Made by a program: the position numbers and the translations under genes. DNA of 63,660 nucleotides, filler included, from Octopus bimaculoides (taxonomy: Eukaryota), in NCBI RefSeq assembly GCF_001194135.2. It is 5 parts of 5 records of this genome, joined end to end, with 100 filler letters (N's around TTAATTAATTAA, not from the genome) between each part and the next. Parts side by side here need not be neighbours in the genome. Positions count along the whole stretch, not along the records: positions 1 to 26,651 come from NC_068997.1; 4 more parts are not named here. One strand, given 5' to 3'. Below the pieces are notes generated by a model. That model was given only the letters and a program-made list of their open reading frames with translations. It did not search any database and had not been told where the DNA came from. This document shows, piece by piece, positions 12,360 to 23,754 of this stretch; positions within the stretch are counted from its first letter, which is position 1; each line of letters opens with the position of its first letter.

Positions 12360-13909
12360 GAACAAAATATCTATGAATATTTCAGCAATATTGCATGCAC
12401 GTTATAATTTTACGTTGATATAAAAAAAAATGTCGCCATTACTGCTGTTGCTCTTTTTGTTTTAACTATTAAACCGCAGTTCAGCCCTGGCCGAGTATAC
12501 CTATAATCTAAGGTATTCCATCTATGACTATTCCATCATTTTCCAATGTGCAGAGAATCCAGGATTATGCTTCGAAACCATTTTTAAGATATTAAAAATA
12601 GAAGTCATAAAATTGTGATTAGAGGAGAATAAGTAGTCTGTTATTTCTAGCAGATCAAATGACCACATAAACGCTTACCCGCTGGCCCCAGAGTGCCAAA
12701 CAGGACAGGTGCAATAAAACTATAAATTTTGTTTCGGTAACTACAATAGTGACTAATAATTTATTAACAATCTTATAAATGATCCTCAAACACATCATTA
12801 TTTCAATAATCCTGTGTGGTTCAGTTTCAAAAGACACAACTAAGATTGTTCAGATGTCAAAATAACATCGTTAACGTGTCATAGTTTGTACCGATGCTAC
12901 GAAAGTAGATTATTCACGGCAGACAATGAGAATGTGAGGTTTGCTGCAGCTCTACCATAAACTTTACCGTGTTTTCTCATTAACGAAGAATAGTGTTGTT
13001 ATATATATATATATTATATATATATATATAATCACAAATATGTGTGTGTGTGTGTGTGTGTGTGTGTTTAGGGGATTTCGTATTGAAAATGTTCTTCACG
13101 TTTTGTGAAGAGTGTGGTTTAAATGTCACTTATTTGCCATTTATAGCTTAAACTTAGAACGCTTCTAAAAGAAAAATATATATATATATAAAAAGGGTGT
13201 TGGTTAGCCATAACTGACACAGATTCGTTGTCTATTATGTATTGACTGCAGCTCTTTAAATATCCCTTCACTCACCACATAATCAAACCCAGCTCCAGTC
13301 GTACAATAATGGTCAAAAAATAAATTCACGAGAACGAGTGAAACGAACCGCACAGCTATTCACATTTTCAGATACAAAGACATGAACTGAAACAAATTTC
13401 TGCATTTTTATTCACACACACACACACACTACGTACGTATATATATATATNNNNNNNNNNNNNNNNNNNNNNNNNNNNNNNNNNNNNNNNNNNNNNNNNN
13501 NNNNNNNNNNNNNNNNNNNNNNNNNNNNNNNNNNNNNNNNNNNNNNNNNNNNNNNNNNNNNNNNNNNNNNNNNNNNNNNNNNNNNNNNNNNNNNNNNNNN
13601 NNNNNNNNNNNNNNNNNNNNNNNNNNNNNNNNNNNNNNNNNNNNNNNNNNNNNNNNNNNNNNNNNNNNNNNNNNNNNNNNNNNNNNNNNNNNNNNNNNNN
13701 NNNNNNNNNNNNNNNNNNNNNNNNNNNNNNNNNNNNNNNNNNNNNNNNNNNNNNNNNNNNNNNNNNNNNNNNNNNNNNNNNNNNNNNNNNNNNNNNNNNN
13801 NNNNNNNNNNNNNNNNNNNNNNNNNNNNNNNNNNNNNNNNNNNNNNNNNNNNNNNNNNNNNNNNNNNNNNNNNNNNNNNNNNNNNNNNNNNNNNNNNNNN
13901 NNNNNNNNT

Positions 13910-14196
13910 TCCAAGTAAAATGTCGAGTTAACAGTTTGACCAGGAGGAACAAATTCTGTGTGGATGATTCCTTTCGCATTGATTAAACAAATCAACACCA
14001 TCTTGACATTGGACTTCACTTGATGCACTTTTGTGGGGGGCGTGGTGATATTGAATGCTTCCCATTGACTTGATTGCTGCTTCGTTTCCGGGTCGTAGCC
14101 GTAGCAACAGCTTTCACCACCTGTGATGACCTTCGAAAAAAGGCTTGAATCAACTTCCAACTGTTCTTTAAACACATGACGCTCCCTACCGAGCAC
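13910..14196 (-). mobile_element. Mariner transposase fragment (pseudogenised), cut by an N gap
   Basis: VITGGESCCYGYDPETKQQSSQW...VKSNVKMVLICLINAKGIIHTEFVPPGQTVNSTFY is the catalytic-domain start of mariner transposases; the first catalytic Asp (ITGDE) is Gly. Confidence 0.92.
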
Positions 14197-15867
14197 TTTA
14201 TACGAGGGAGATAATCATCTCTTCATAATACATGGTGCGATTAGAAGATTGAATTTCAAATTCAAGAATAAGGAAAAAGACCCATAGAATAAACACACTG
14301 CATTTTTTTGCTTCCTTATTCAGAAGTTTTGGGAATTTCTAGTCGCTGATAAATCTGTATAGTACTATTTAATTCTTTTTAGAAATCTTCAGCATGACAC
14401 AGCCTGTGATATATTAATTAAACATTTATATAATTTAACAACCTCACAAAAAATACATACAACCATATTACTGAAAAGTTTTATTGTTGAAAGAAAAAAA
14501 CATTTGGAATAGACACTATATTTCTGCAATATATAAACAAACTAAAAACTGTTCGTCGTAAGTTTAAAATATTTTTATTACAATTATAACTTTAGAATAT
14601 ATGTTTGAAAAATGTTGCTATATTTAAATAACTGTAAATTTATAAACATTTTGACAAGCAAAGCATATAATATACAAAATATTTATAAAAATATTAAGAA
14701 TGTCAAAAAAGTATAAAATACATCATATTTACAGTTCATTTTATTAAAGGTTTTATTTCGATTTATTTTATTTCAATATNNNNNNNNNNNNNNNNNNNNN
14801 NNNNNNNNNNNNNNNNNNNNNNNNNNNNNNNNNNNNNNNNNNNNNNNNNNNNNNNNNNNNNNNNNNNNNNNNNNNNNNNNNNNNNNNNNNNNNNNNNNNN
14901 NNNNNNNNNNNNNNNNNNNNNNNNNNNNNNNNNNNNNNNNNNNNNNNNNNNNNNNNNNNNNNNNNNNNNNNNNNNNNNNNNNNNNNNNNNNNNNNNNNNN
15001 NNNNNNNNNNNNNNNNNNNNNNNNNNNNNNNNNNNNNNNNNNNNNNNNNNNNNNNNNNNNNNNNNNNNNNNNNNNNNNNNNNNNNNNNNNNNNNNNNNNN
15101 NNNNNNNNNNNNNNNNNNNNNNNNNNNNNNNNNNNNNNNNNNNNNNNNNNNNNNNNNNNNNNNNNNNNNNNNNNNNNNNNNNNNNNNNNNNNNNNNNNNN
15201 NNNNNNNNNNNNNNNNNNNNNNNNNNNNNNNNNNNNNNNNNNNNNNNNNNNNNNNNNNNNNNNNNNNNNNNNNNNNNNNNNNNNNNNNNNNNNNNNNNNN
15301 NNNNNNNNNNNNNNNNNNNNNNNNNNNNNNNNNNNNNNNNNNGGCGGTGGTGGTAGTGGTGGTGGCGGTGGTAATTTCTTTTAAGGATTCTCTCATGCTT
15401 GCAATAAAATGTCTTACATATGAATTAGAAAAAGTATGAGAATTGGACAAATAAAGTTATATTAGACGGTGGTGGGGTAATTGTGTGTGTGTGTGTGTGT
15501 AATTAGACCGCCTACGTATGTGCGTGAGTTGTGTGTAGTATGTGTATGAGAGAGAGGGAAAGGGAGATAAAGCGAAGGAAGGAGAGATCCGACGACGCTG
15601 CCCAGTGTCTAACACACTCTGTACAGAAGGCTTTGCATCCAGGAGTTTGCGTGAGAGAGCGCGCGCGCACACACACGGAAGAAGAAATCAACCATCTGAC
15701 TCGCAGATTACAAATACATTCTGTAAGTGGAACAGTAAAGATATGCAAGACTTTTCTCAAGTTTAAAATGTGACATTGTGTTTGTTATCTACATTCCAAG
15801 GATGGAGTGTTGTGTCTTTGTTAGAAACCAGCTCCTTCTTCAAAAGAATTTAAGTGATTAAAAACTG

Positions 15868-15913
<46 letters not shown>

Positions 15914-17059
15914 ATACCACACCACACATACATACATACATACACACATACATACGCACATGCAACTGCTCATGTATGCGTAGATACATATGCATGTGAG
16001 TGACAGATAGCCGAATGCTGCGTCGTTAAATCATATCCATTCCGTAGTTGTGCGCCTTTTCCTGTCCAAATTGTCCGCTGCCCAGTCCGTTCGGCTGTAA
16101 GTAGATATTACACAGTAAATGTTTCAATCTGTTGATACCGATGATGATCAGCGTCGGCAATAAATTATTTTCGATATGAAAAACACAAATGAGAAGTTCG
16201 TTAGCGATAAAACGTGGATTTTAACATCTCTTGACTTTCGTTTTGTTCCATAGTGATGACAATATGTAAGACATTGGAGATAATGCTTGCTGTGATGTAT
16301 TCATGCTCTCATGCGAAAGGGAAAAACTCGAAACGTTAGGTGTTGCACGCAGTGTGACAAAAAAACACTTTTCGATCTTACCAATGGCTACTAGGAGCTT
16401 CGTTCTATTGTGGAATCAATCAGCTACCTCGTTACCTAGTTTTCATAAACCATATGCATACAAATAATCAAAGAAATTGACTGAGATATTTTTTTTGTTC
16501 CTTTTAATATGTTTTAACGAAGAACAAATATGTTTCAAAACTTTGCATTATCCATCGAAATCAACCTGGAGTCGACATCAGATCAGTTTCATTCATTTAT
16601 GAAACGTCATTGCCTTCCATTATATTGACTCAAGGCTAGCAATTTCGAGCGAGAGGCGAAGTCGATTACATTGACCTCAGTACGCAACTGGTACTTATTT
16701 TATCGACCCCGAAAGAATGAAAAGCAAAGTCGATCTCAGTGGAATTTGAACTCAGAACATAAAGACGGGCGTGTGAACGATTCTGCCAGCTCGCCGCCTT
16801 AATTTACATTATTTATTAATAAAAGTTGTGTTTTAGTAGAATTGCCGGTGCGTCGGACAAAATCTCATGCAATCTTTCATTATACAAGTTCTGAGTTTAA
16901 ACAAAACAAGTTCTGAGTTTAAACTCCACAGAGGACAAGGTCGTCCTTCGACCTTTCGGGATTGATATTATTGATTGTTTCCTCCTCCTACAAAATGCCT
17001 GGTCACGTGTCTATGTTAGATATGAATATATGAAGAGTGCAAAGCACCAGGAGTTTCTA

Positions 17060-17420
17060 GCAGACTACTGCAAGAATGGTTAGAGGAATGATTCCAGGAG
17101 TTTCTAGTAGATTACAGCAGGAATGGTTGGAGGACTGAGTCCATGCTAGATCGTCAAACTTTCGAAGGCCTAGATCTCTAGTTGAAAATAGGTAACCGTT
17201 GGTCTCAGGAAAATGCCACGCAGATAGTCGGCGGCGAGGTTTGATCAATTTCGATCGACTCGCTTCAATGAAGATGGATGCTACAAGACCCGAAATACCC
17301 AAAGAAACAGTGATGTGGCGTGCAAGTATCGTAACCGTAAACGTACGAAGAATTGTATTAAATAGACGCACATTATGCATCCATGGATGTGTACTGAGCA
17401 GATCTTTTCGTTAAATGAAT
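17060..17420 (+). mobile_element. Possible LINE fragment around the start of ORF2
   Basis: MWRASIVTVNVRR resembles the (T/S)xNVRG start of APE endonucleases; GC-richer than flanks. Weak. Confidence 0.35.
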
Positions 17421-17638
17421 CAGAGCAGCAACCACAAGACAAGAGAATAATTAATAGATATAGGCGCAGGCGTGGCTGTGTGTTAGAGAGGCTTACGTCT
17501 CAAACTGAACCCCAAACCAATTGGTTTGGTTTGGGGTTCAGTCCCACTGCACGGCACCTTGGGGTTCTACTATAGCCCTAGGTCAACCAAAGTCTTGTGA
17601 GAAGATTTGGTAGACAGAAACTGAAAAGAAGCCTGCCG

Positions 17639-17669
<31 letters not shown>

Positions 17670-19158
17670 TAGCACCCGCCCCCACCACTCGACAACTACT
17701 GCTGATTTGTTAACGCTCCTGTAACTTAGAGGTTCAGCAAAAGAAACCGATAGAATAAGTTGCGAAGTTTTAAAAAATAGTATTGGGGACGATTTACGAT
17801 TTGGTAAACTAAACCATTCAAGGCGGTCCTCCAGTATGACTGCAGACCGATGACTGCAATAATTAAAAAGATAATACAAAAAGTAACTGGTGGCTGAGGT
17901 GGAGGAGAAGAAACCCCCACCAAGTACGGGAGACAACTCTGGATATATTTTGCATTAATTCAGCAGCGTGGTTGGGAAGCAAGTTTCTTGTCACACAACC
18001 ACGTCTGCGCCTATCTTTACATTATNNNNNNNNNNNNNNNNNNNNNNNNNNNNNNNNNNNNNNNNNNNNNNNNNNNNNNNNNNNNNNNNNNNNNNNNNNN
18101 NNNNNNNNNNNNNNNNNNNNNNNNNNNNNNNNNNNNNNNNNNNNNNNNNNNNNNNNNNNNNNNNNNNNNNNNNNNNNNNNNNNNNNNNNNNNNNNNNNNN
18201 NNNNNNNNNNNNNNNNNNNNNNNNNNNNNNNNNNNNNNNNNNNNNNNNNNNNNNNNNNNNNNNNNNNNNNNNNNNNNNNNNNNNNNNNNNNNNNNNNNNN
18301 NNNNNNNNNNNNNNNNNNNNNNNNNNNNNNNNNNNNNNNNNNNNNNNNNNNNNNNNNNNNNNNNNNNNNNNNNNNNNNNNNNNNNNNNNNNNNNNNNNNN
18401 NNNNNNNNNNNNNNNNNNNNNNNNNNNNNNNNNNNNNNNNNNNNNNNNNNNNNNNNNNNNNNNNNNNNNNNNNNNNNNNNNNNNNNNNNNNNNNNNNNNN
18501 NNNNNNNNNNNNNNNNNNNNNNNNNNNNNNNNNNNNNNNNNNNNNNNNNNNNNNNNNNNNNNNNNNNNNNNNNNNNNNNNNNNNNNNNNNNNNNNNNNNN
18601 NNNNNNNNNNNNNNNNNNNNNNNNNNNNNNNNNNNNNNNNNNNNNNNNNNNNNNNNNNNNNNNNNNNNNNNNNNNNNNNNNNNNNNNNNNNNNNNNNNNN
18701 NNNNNNNNNNNNNNNNNNNNNNNNNNNNNNNNNNNNNNNNNNNNNNNNNNNNNNNNNNNNNNNNNNNNNNNNNNNNNNNNNNATATATATATATATATAT
18801 ATATATTCACCCAAAATTCCTTTACACACGTATTTTGTTGAAAAACACAATAAACATCAGATTTATGCGCGAAACGAAATCGCCTCCGGAAGCCTAACTC
18901 CATATTGTGTTTTTTTTAACACGACACGTCAATAAAGAAATTTTTCGTGGACGAAAATCTTCCGGCTTTTTGTTAACGATAAACGTAAGTTACTACATAT
19001 GTTGGCGTATCGCTTCAATGCTTTGTTATTTCATCCACCACGTTCATTAACTACAATTGACATTCCTTAATGGTGAACTCTAAACAAGTTCTACAAATGA
19101 TGTCGACAATGATATAGACTAAAATAAATGAAATAAATATAGTTGAAAACATACCGTT

Positions 19159-19287
19159 TTAGTGGCCGACGATTTTCTCTTCATAAAAGCCAAGTAAAGT
19201 TATTATTATGACACCCAAAATTAAACCAGCGTTGCTGAAAAGACTAACCAAGCTTTTCACCGTCTTATGCTTTTTCATTACTGGAAA
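19159..19287 (-). CDS. SLC39A12: ZIP12-like terminal exon, TM8 and C-terminus
   Basis: tttttttAG|FPVMKKHKTVKSLVSLFSNAGLILGVIIITLLGFYEEKIVGH-TAA. Matches the LIV-1 ending (xNxGLILG...xYEExI), phase 0 start fits the preceding donor. Confidence 0.92.
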   Translation of the reverse strand, partial: FPVMKKHKTVKSLVSLFSNAGLILGVIIITLLGFYEEKIVGH

Positions 19288-20317
19288 CTAAAAAAAATAT
19301 TTTGAAAAGCAGAAATATGAACATTACAAAATATTTGTGAAATTACAGTGAAATGAAAACTTTAATGGCACTTTTTCACACAGCTATCCTCATCCAATCT
19401 TGCCACATGTCCATACCAGCGCAATCGTCTCTCTTGCAGACTACAACTGATGCTTCTTATGTCTAACTTTTCTCTCAAGGCACTTACACTCTGTCGAGTA
19501 TGCACACTTACATTACACATAAAATTATGTATAGTACTCGAAAAGTAATTAGATAATCTATCTTAATGATAAAACATGATATACGAGAGTTGAAATGTGA
19601 ACAAAATCCTGTGAGAAAAGTTAAGGGGAGCTCATTTTTACTGCAACAATATAAAGTATTCCAATAAAGTTATCTCCCTTCGTTTTGTAACCACTAAATA
19701 TATTTATCCGTTTGAAACGTAAATAGTATTTTAGCGATTGATGAGGGGAGGGGTTATTATTTAATTATAAACTTAGCAAACATTCGCTTTTGAGTTCCAT
19801 TAGATTCCGAGAAGGTCTGGTAAGTTCTTCCTTCTTTTTCGATTTTCGAATTAAAAATAAAGAATAAAGTGAAAATAAGAATATCGGAACCAGTATGTAA
19901 ATTTTAAACATTTAAACTTAAAGTGTTTCGACCTCTGAAATTTGCAGACTTCCTATAATTTCAGAATCCCTTCCGTTGAACCCTAGACCATTTTCGAACC
20001 CCTCCTCATATCTCTTTATACTCCAGTATTTTTTTTTATTATTATTTTATCTTGCTTAATTTAATTTCATTTTATTCCTTTACCTCCCCAACCTCTCCCA
20101 CTGACGATCTTACTCTGTCATCATACTAAGCTGTAGACCCATTTCGCCTAGGTTCGCTCGTATTTTCTTCTGATATTCTCAACTGAGATTTGTCTCAGTC
20201 CCTGAACTAACTATTTTTTCCCAATCCTTCTTCCCCCTGTACTTGTATTCCTCTGGAATTCTCTTCTCTTTCATGTTTTCCCCCATCAACCAACAGATGG
20301 TCAAACTACGTATGGCC

Positions 20318-20569
20318 CTTAATGTGACAGTCCCATGAAAGGGAATAATACTACTGCTATTTAGCCCTAGGAAGCACCGCTTCCTGTTGGCTTTGACACA
20401 TTTCCTGTGTCCTTATGTTTATAAAGGGGGAAATAAGCACCTCCACCCAGCAAAGCCAGCATCCAGAAACATAAGGAGACAGGAAATGTGTCAAGGCTGA
20501 CAGAAAGCGTTGCTTCCTAGGGCTAAAAAGCAGTAGTATTCTTCCCTTTCATGGAACTGTCACATTAAG
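20318..20569. mobile_element. Foldback/MITE-like element with 103-bp inverted arms
   Basis: 20318-20420 and 20467-20569 are reverse complements at 94/103 positions by manual count, with a 46-nt spacer. A diverged relative occurs at about 24935-25030. Confidence 0.85.
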
Positions 20570-20749
20570 TTGACAACATACCACCACTGTATCGTGTTGC
20601 TACTGTATAAATCTCTCTGAGAGATTTAGAAACATTATTTCTACGTACGACCCGATTCTCTCTTTGCAGTCAAACAGGGCCTGCAAAAGAATATGCAGCA
20701 AGAGTTCTTTCCTCTTTGTGAATATTTCTAGCTTTTTCTCAAAACTTAC

Positions 20750-20937
20750 CAAATCGACAAATGCTATATACAGGAACATCCCTGCAGATACAGCATATAT
20801 CCACCGACGAACGATAAAATCAGTAGACACGCCCAATCCGATGAAGAGGCCTACAAAAGCGGTCAATGACGATACGAAGTTGAACAAAAGGGCGCGTTTA
20901 AAACCGATTCCATTCGCCAAGAGGACAGCAAAATCTC
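20750..20937 (-). CDS. SLC39A12: ZIP12-like exon, TM5 end to TM7
   Basis: (G)DFAVLLANGIGFKRALLFNFVSSLTAFVGLFIGLGVSTDFIVRRWIYAVSAGMFLYIAFVDL, very similar to ZIP12 as recalled ([39 protein letters not shown]). Acceptor tttcttaaatttcAG, donor TTG|GTAAGT, 188 nt, phase 1-0. Confidence 0.96.
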
Positions 20938-21361
20938 CTGAAATTTAAGAAATAGAAAGAAATATTAAGGTCAAGTGTTAGAAATGCAACAAAGTTGTTT
21001 TTCTTACGTTCTAACGATTCTGCTATTTCGCCACCTTTCACGTGACGAAATAACGCGTGGCATTTTGTCCGACGCCTTACTGCGACTTATAATCTTTTCT
21101 ACTATAGGTTCAAGACCTAAAATTTGGAGGAAGGGATTAAGTCGATTACATCGACCCCAGTGCATAACTGGTACTTATTTAATCGACCCGAAAGGCAAAG
21201 TTGACCTCGACGGAATTTAAACCCTGAACTCAGCGATGGGCAAAATACCGCTAAGCATTTCGTCCAGCCTGCTACCGATTCTGCCAGGTCGTCGCTTTTA
21301 ACTGCAACTAGTTTTAGAGAGTTATTTTCAAGAGCGTGCAAGGGAGACAACTTTTACCTAC

Positions 21362-21514
21362 CTAATTCGTGAGGTATTTCATGGCATAGAACAGCGATGC
21401 TTGTCATGAGCCCAAACGACTCAGATGTTGAAAACGCTGCTCCTATGGTGAGGCCATCAGCAAAATTGTGCAAAGCATCGCCGAGTATAACTATGAGAGA
21501 AAGTGAAGAACATT
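21362..21514 (-). CDS. SLC39A12: ZIP12-like exon, TM4-TM5 metal-binding core
   Basis: (K)[50 protein letters not shown](G): HNFADG and CHExPHExG signature of the LIV-1 subfamily. Acceptor tttttttttccAG, donor G|GTAGGT, 153 nt, phase 1-1. Confidence 0.96.
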
Positions 21515-21850
21515 CTGGAAAAAAAAATATATTACAATATTCAGAGTTATTGAATTCTTAAACATAAATAGTTTTGGCTTATCTTTCCATGAGTTGCAGA
21601 GGATAGTAGGATCCCCAGGCGGGGAGTTTCCCTTGCTGAAATATAAAAATAAGTTAGAATGTTAATTGCATAAAAAATTGTTAAAATATTTTGTGTTTTT
21701 TAGAAGTATAACCAGTTTATAAAAGATAAACTTTAACATCAAAATCTTATATTGACCCCTAACGGCCATACGAGCGACTAAGTAGAGACTCTCTCGTCGT
21801 GAGTGGGTGATGATGATAATGAAAATAACAATAAAAAACGGAATACATAC

Positions 21851-21944
21851 TATTAGGTTTCTCTGGAATATTCGGTTCAGCCATACTTTTTGGGTTTTCC
21901 AAAGAGTTGTTCTTCTCATTTGTGGTTGTGTAGACTTCAGAAAG
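21851..21944 (-). CDS. SLC39A12: ZIP12-like exon, distal TM3-TM4 loop (LSEVYTTTNEKNNSLENPKSMAEPNIPEKPN)
   Basis: gttattttaaacttAG|94 nt|GTATGT. Open in phase 0 and ends in phase 1, exactly bridging the phase-0 loop exons to the phase-1 TM4 exon. Confidence 0.8.
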
Positions 21945-22581
21945 CTAAGTTTAAAATAACGACATTTCGTTAAAAAAATATTTTAACTTAATTAATTATT
22001 CAAATCAGTTTCAACTTTGGGCACAAGGCCAGCAGTTTTGAGGGGAGGTGGAAGTTGATTGGATCGACCCAGTTTGCAACTGGTACTTAATTTATCGACC
22101 CTCGAAAGGTATTTGAACTCAGAACGTTAAGCCGGACAAAATGCCTCTAAGCATTTTGTCCGGCGTGTCAACGATTCTGCCAGCTCGCTGCCTTCACTTC
22201 GTTATTCATATCAAGACGTTCTATAAATTGTTTTCCGATGTAGAATCAAATGTTTCGCTAATAAAGTATAAACTTCAGCAATGTCTAATGTTCCTATTAT
22301 CTCTTTTTTTTTCTTTTTCTTGTTTCAGTCATTACACTGCGACCAAGCTGGGGCACCACCTAGAAGAATTTATACTGAATAACTAAATTAAGTACACCAG
22401 TACTTACTTTAGTTAACCAATATTTCCCCCTTGTACTTCATATAAAACGTCCAATTTCACTGGATCCGCTGACAGGGTCAATCATTGGATGATAATCTTA
22501 TTCTCATGAATTATAATATCCACAGACTTCTCTAGAAAAGAAACCCCTAATCCGCTAAGTCAGCAAAACAAACCAACTTAC

Positions 22582-22599
22582 CATTTTCACTTCCAGCAC
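22582..22599 (-). CDS. SLC39A12: Candidate 18-nt microexon of the ZIP12-like loop (VLEVKM)
   Basis: cagtttttcAG|GTGCTGGAAGTGAAAATG|GTAAGT: consensus donor, phase 0-0, frame-neutral if skipped, lies between two supported exons. No transcript evidence available. Confidence 0.55.
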
Positions 22600-22610
22600 C
22601 TGAAAAACTG

Positions 22611-22910
22611 TCCCTCCGTCGGTTACGACGACGAGTGTTCCAACTGATCCGATCAACGGAACAGCCTGATCGTAAAATTAACATGCAAGTGGCTGACATG
22701 CACACCCTTAATGTAGTTCTCAGGAAGATTCAGCGTGACACAGAATAGGACAAGGTTGACCTTCATTGAATCACAGGTACAACTCATTTTTGCCAGCTGA
22801 TTGAAATGAAGCAACATCAAATAAAGTATCTTGCTCAAGGGCACAAGGCGTAACCAGGGATCGAACTCACTACGATTGTGAGCCGACTACTATAAGTTAC
22901 GTGCCTTCAC
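22611..22910 (-). mobile_element. SINE, further family, in sense orientation inside a ZIP intron
   Basis: ctccgtcggttacgacgacgag...gatccgatcaacggaacagcctg is repeated at about 58272-58342; tRNA-like head with a reverse B box near 22850-22870. Confidence 0.8.
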
Positions 22911-23214
22911 CTGTATTTGAACATGATAAAGAATCTGATCGTATCAACTACATCTTTTGTGACAGTAAATCTTTTTCTTTTCTCACCAACCACATCTACA
23001 TTTTCAATAAAGCTGTTCTTGTTTTCCTACGTAACACAATTGTGGCGTTGTAACAGCTTCCTCTGTTGAAATAGACCGATGTTATGAATCTATTTCCCGA
23101 GCTAAGGTTACAATGCTAAAATATCTCAGATATCAATTGTAAAATCTAATTACTGCTCGAGAAAATGAATTAAAATTACAAGCGATGCAACTCTAAATCG
23201 CCAGTTCTTCTTAC

Positions 23215-23253
23215 CTTCGTATCTTTAGGTAGGTCATGTGAGTGTTCACTTTC
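23215..23253 (-). CDS. SLC39A12: ZIP12-like exon, His-containing TM3-TM4 loop (ESEHSHDLPKDTK)
   Basis: ttgttcaaatttcAG|39 nt|GTAAGA. Phase 0-0 reading gives an HSH motif typical of the ZIP cytosolic loop; phase 1 reading has an immediate TGA. Confidence 0.8.
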
Positions 23254-23400
23254 CTGAAATTTGAACAAGCGAAACCGTTAGAAGTTTTAACATGTTCTTA
23301 TTGAATATTGCAAAAACGATTTTGAATGTTTTGCAAGAATTTTGATCTGAAACTCCCTGTCTTAAAATCAGTATTGTTATATTTGGGAAAAGTCATAACA

Positions 23401-23754
23401 CAGAGGTTCTCAACCATTTTTTTACCTATGAAGAACCCCTTTGCTTACTATTTTATTCTGGTGAATCCTCGTAGTCATTCAATGTTTAAAAATTAGTTTT
23501 ATAGATACTTCTTTCAAAATTCTTATTTTGCCTTTCACTCGTTCACTTTTGCAAGTCTGCAATAGAACTTTCTGAAGGAACATGTTTCAGCGACTGGAAA
23601 CATGTTGAGAAAGAAGCCTTGTTGTTACTTGCAATAAATACATGTAAAGCATTTTTTTTCATGGACCCTTAACATATTGCTTGAGGAGCCCCAATTTATT
23701 ATTTTGCCTGCATGGATCCACAGGGGTCTTGTGAATCCCGGTTGAGAACCACTA
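23401..23754. mobile_element. hAT-like MITE (CAGTGGTTCTCAAC-type TIRs)
   Basis: CAGAGGTTCTCAACC...GGTTGAGAACCACTA, with GTCATAA present on both flanks as a probable TSD remnant. Lies in the GC-AG intron of the ZIP gene. Confidence 0.75.

Noticed and set aside
14198-14250. Minus-strand LLIA and YEEMII words resembling a ZIP C-terminus
   Set aside because: The two words are in different frames, and the true terminal exon is at 19159-19287.
21560-21635. Strong minus-strand acceptor at 21636-21637 inside a ZIP intron
   Set aside because: No GT donor follows, and no frame reads through into the TM4 exon without a stop.
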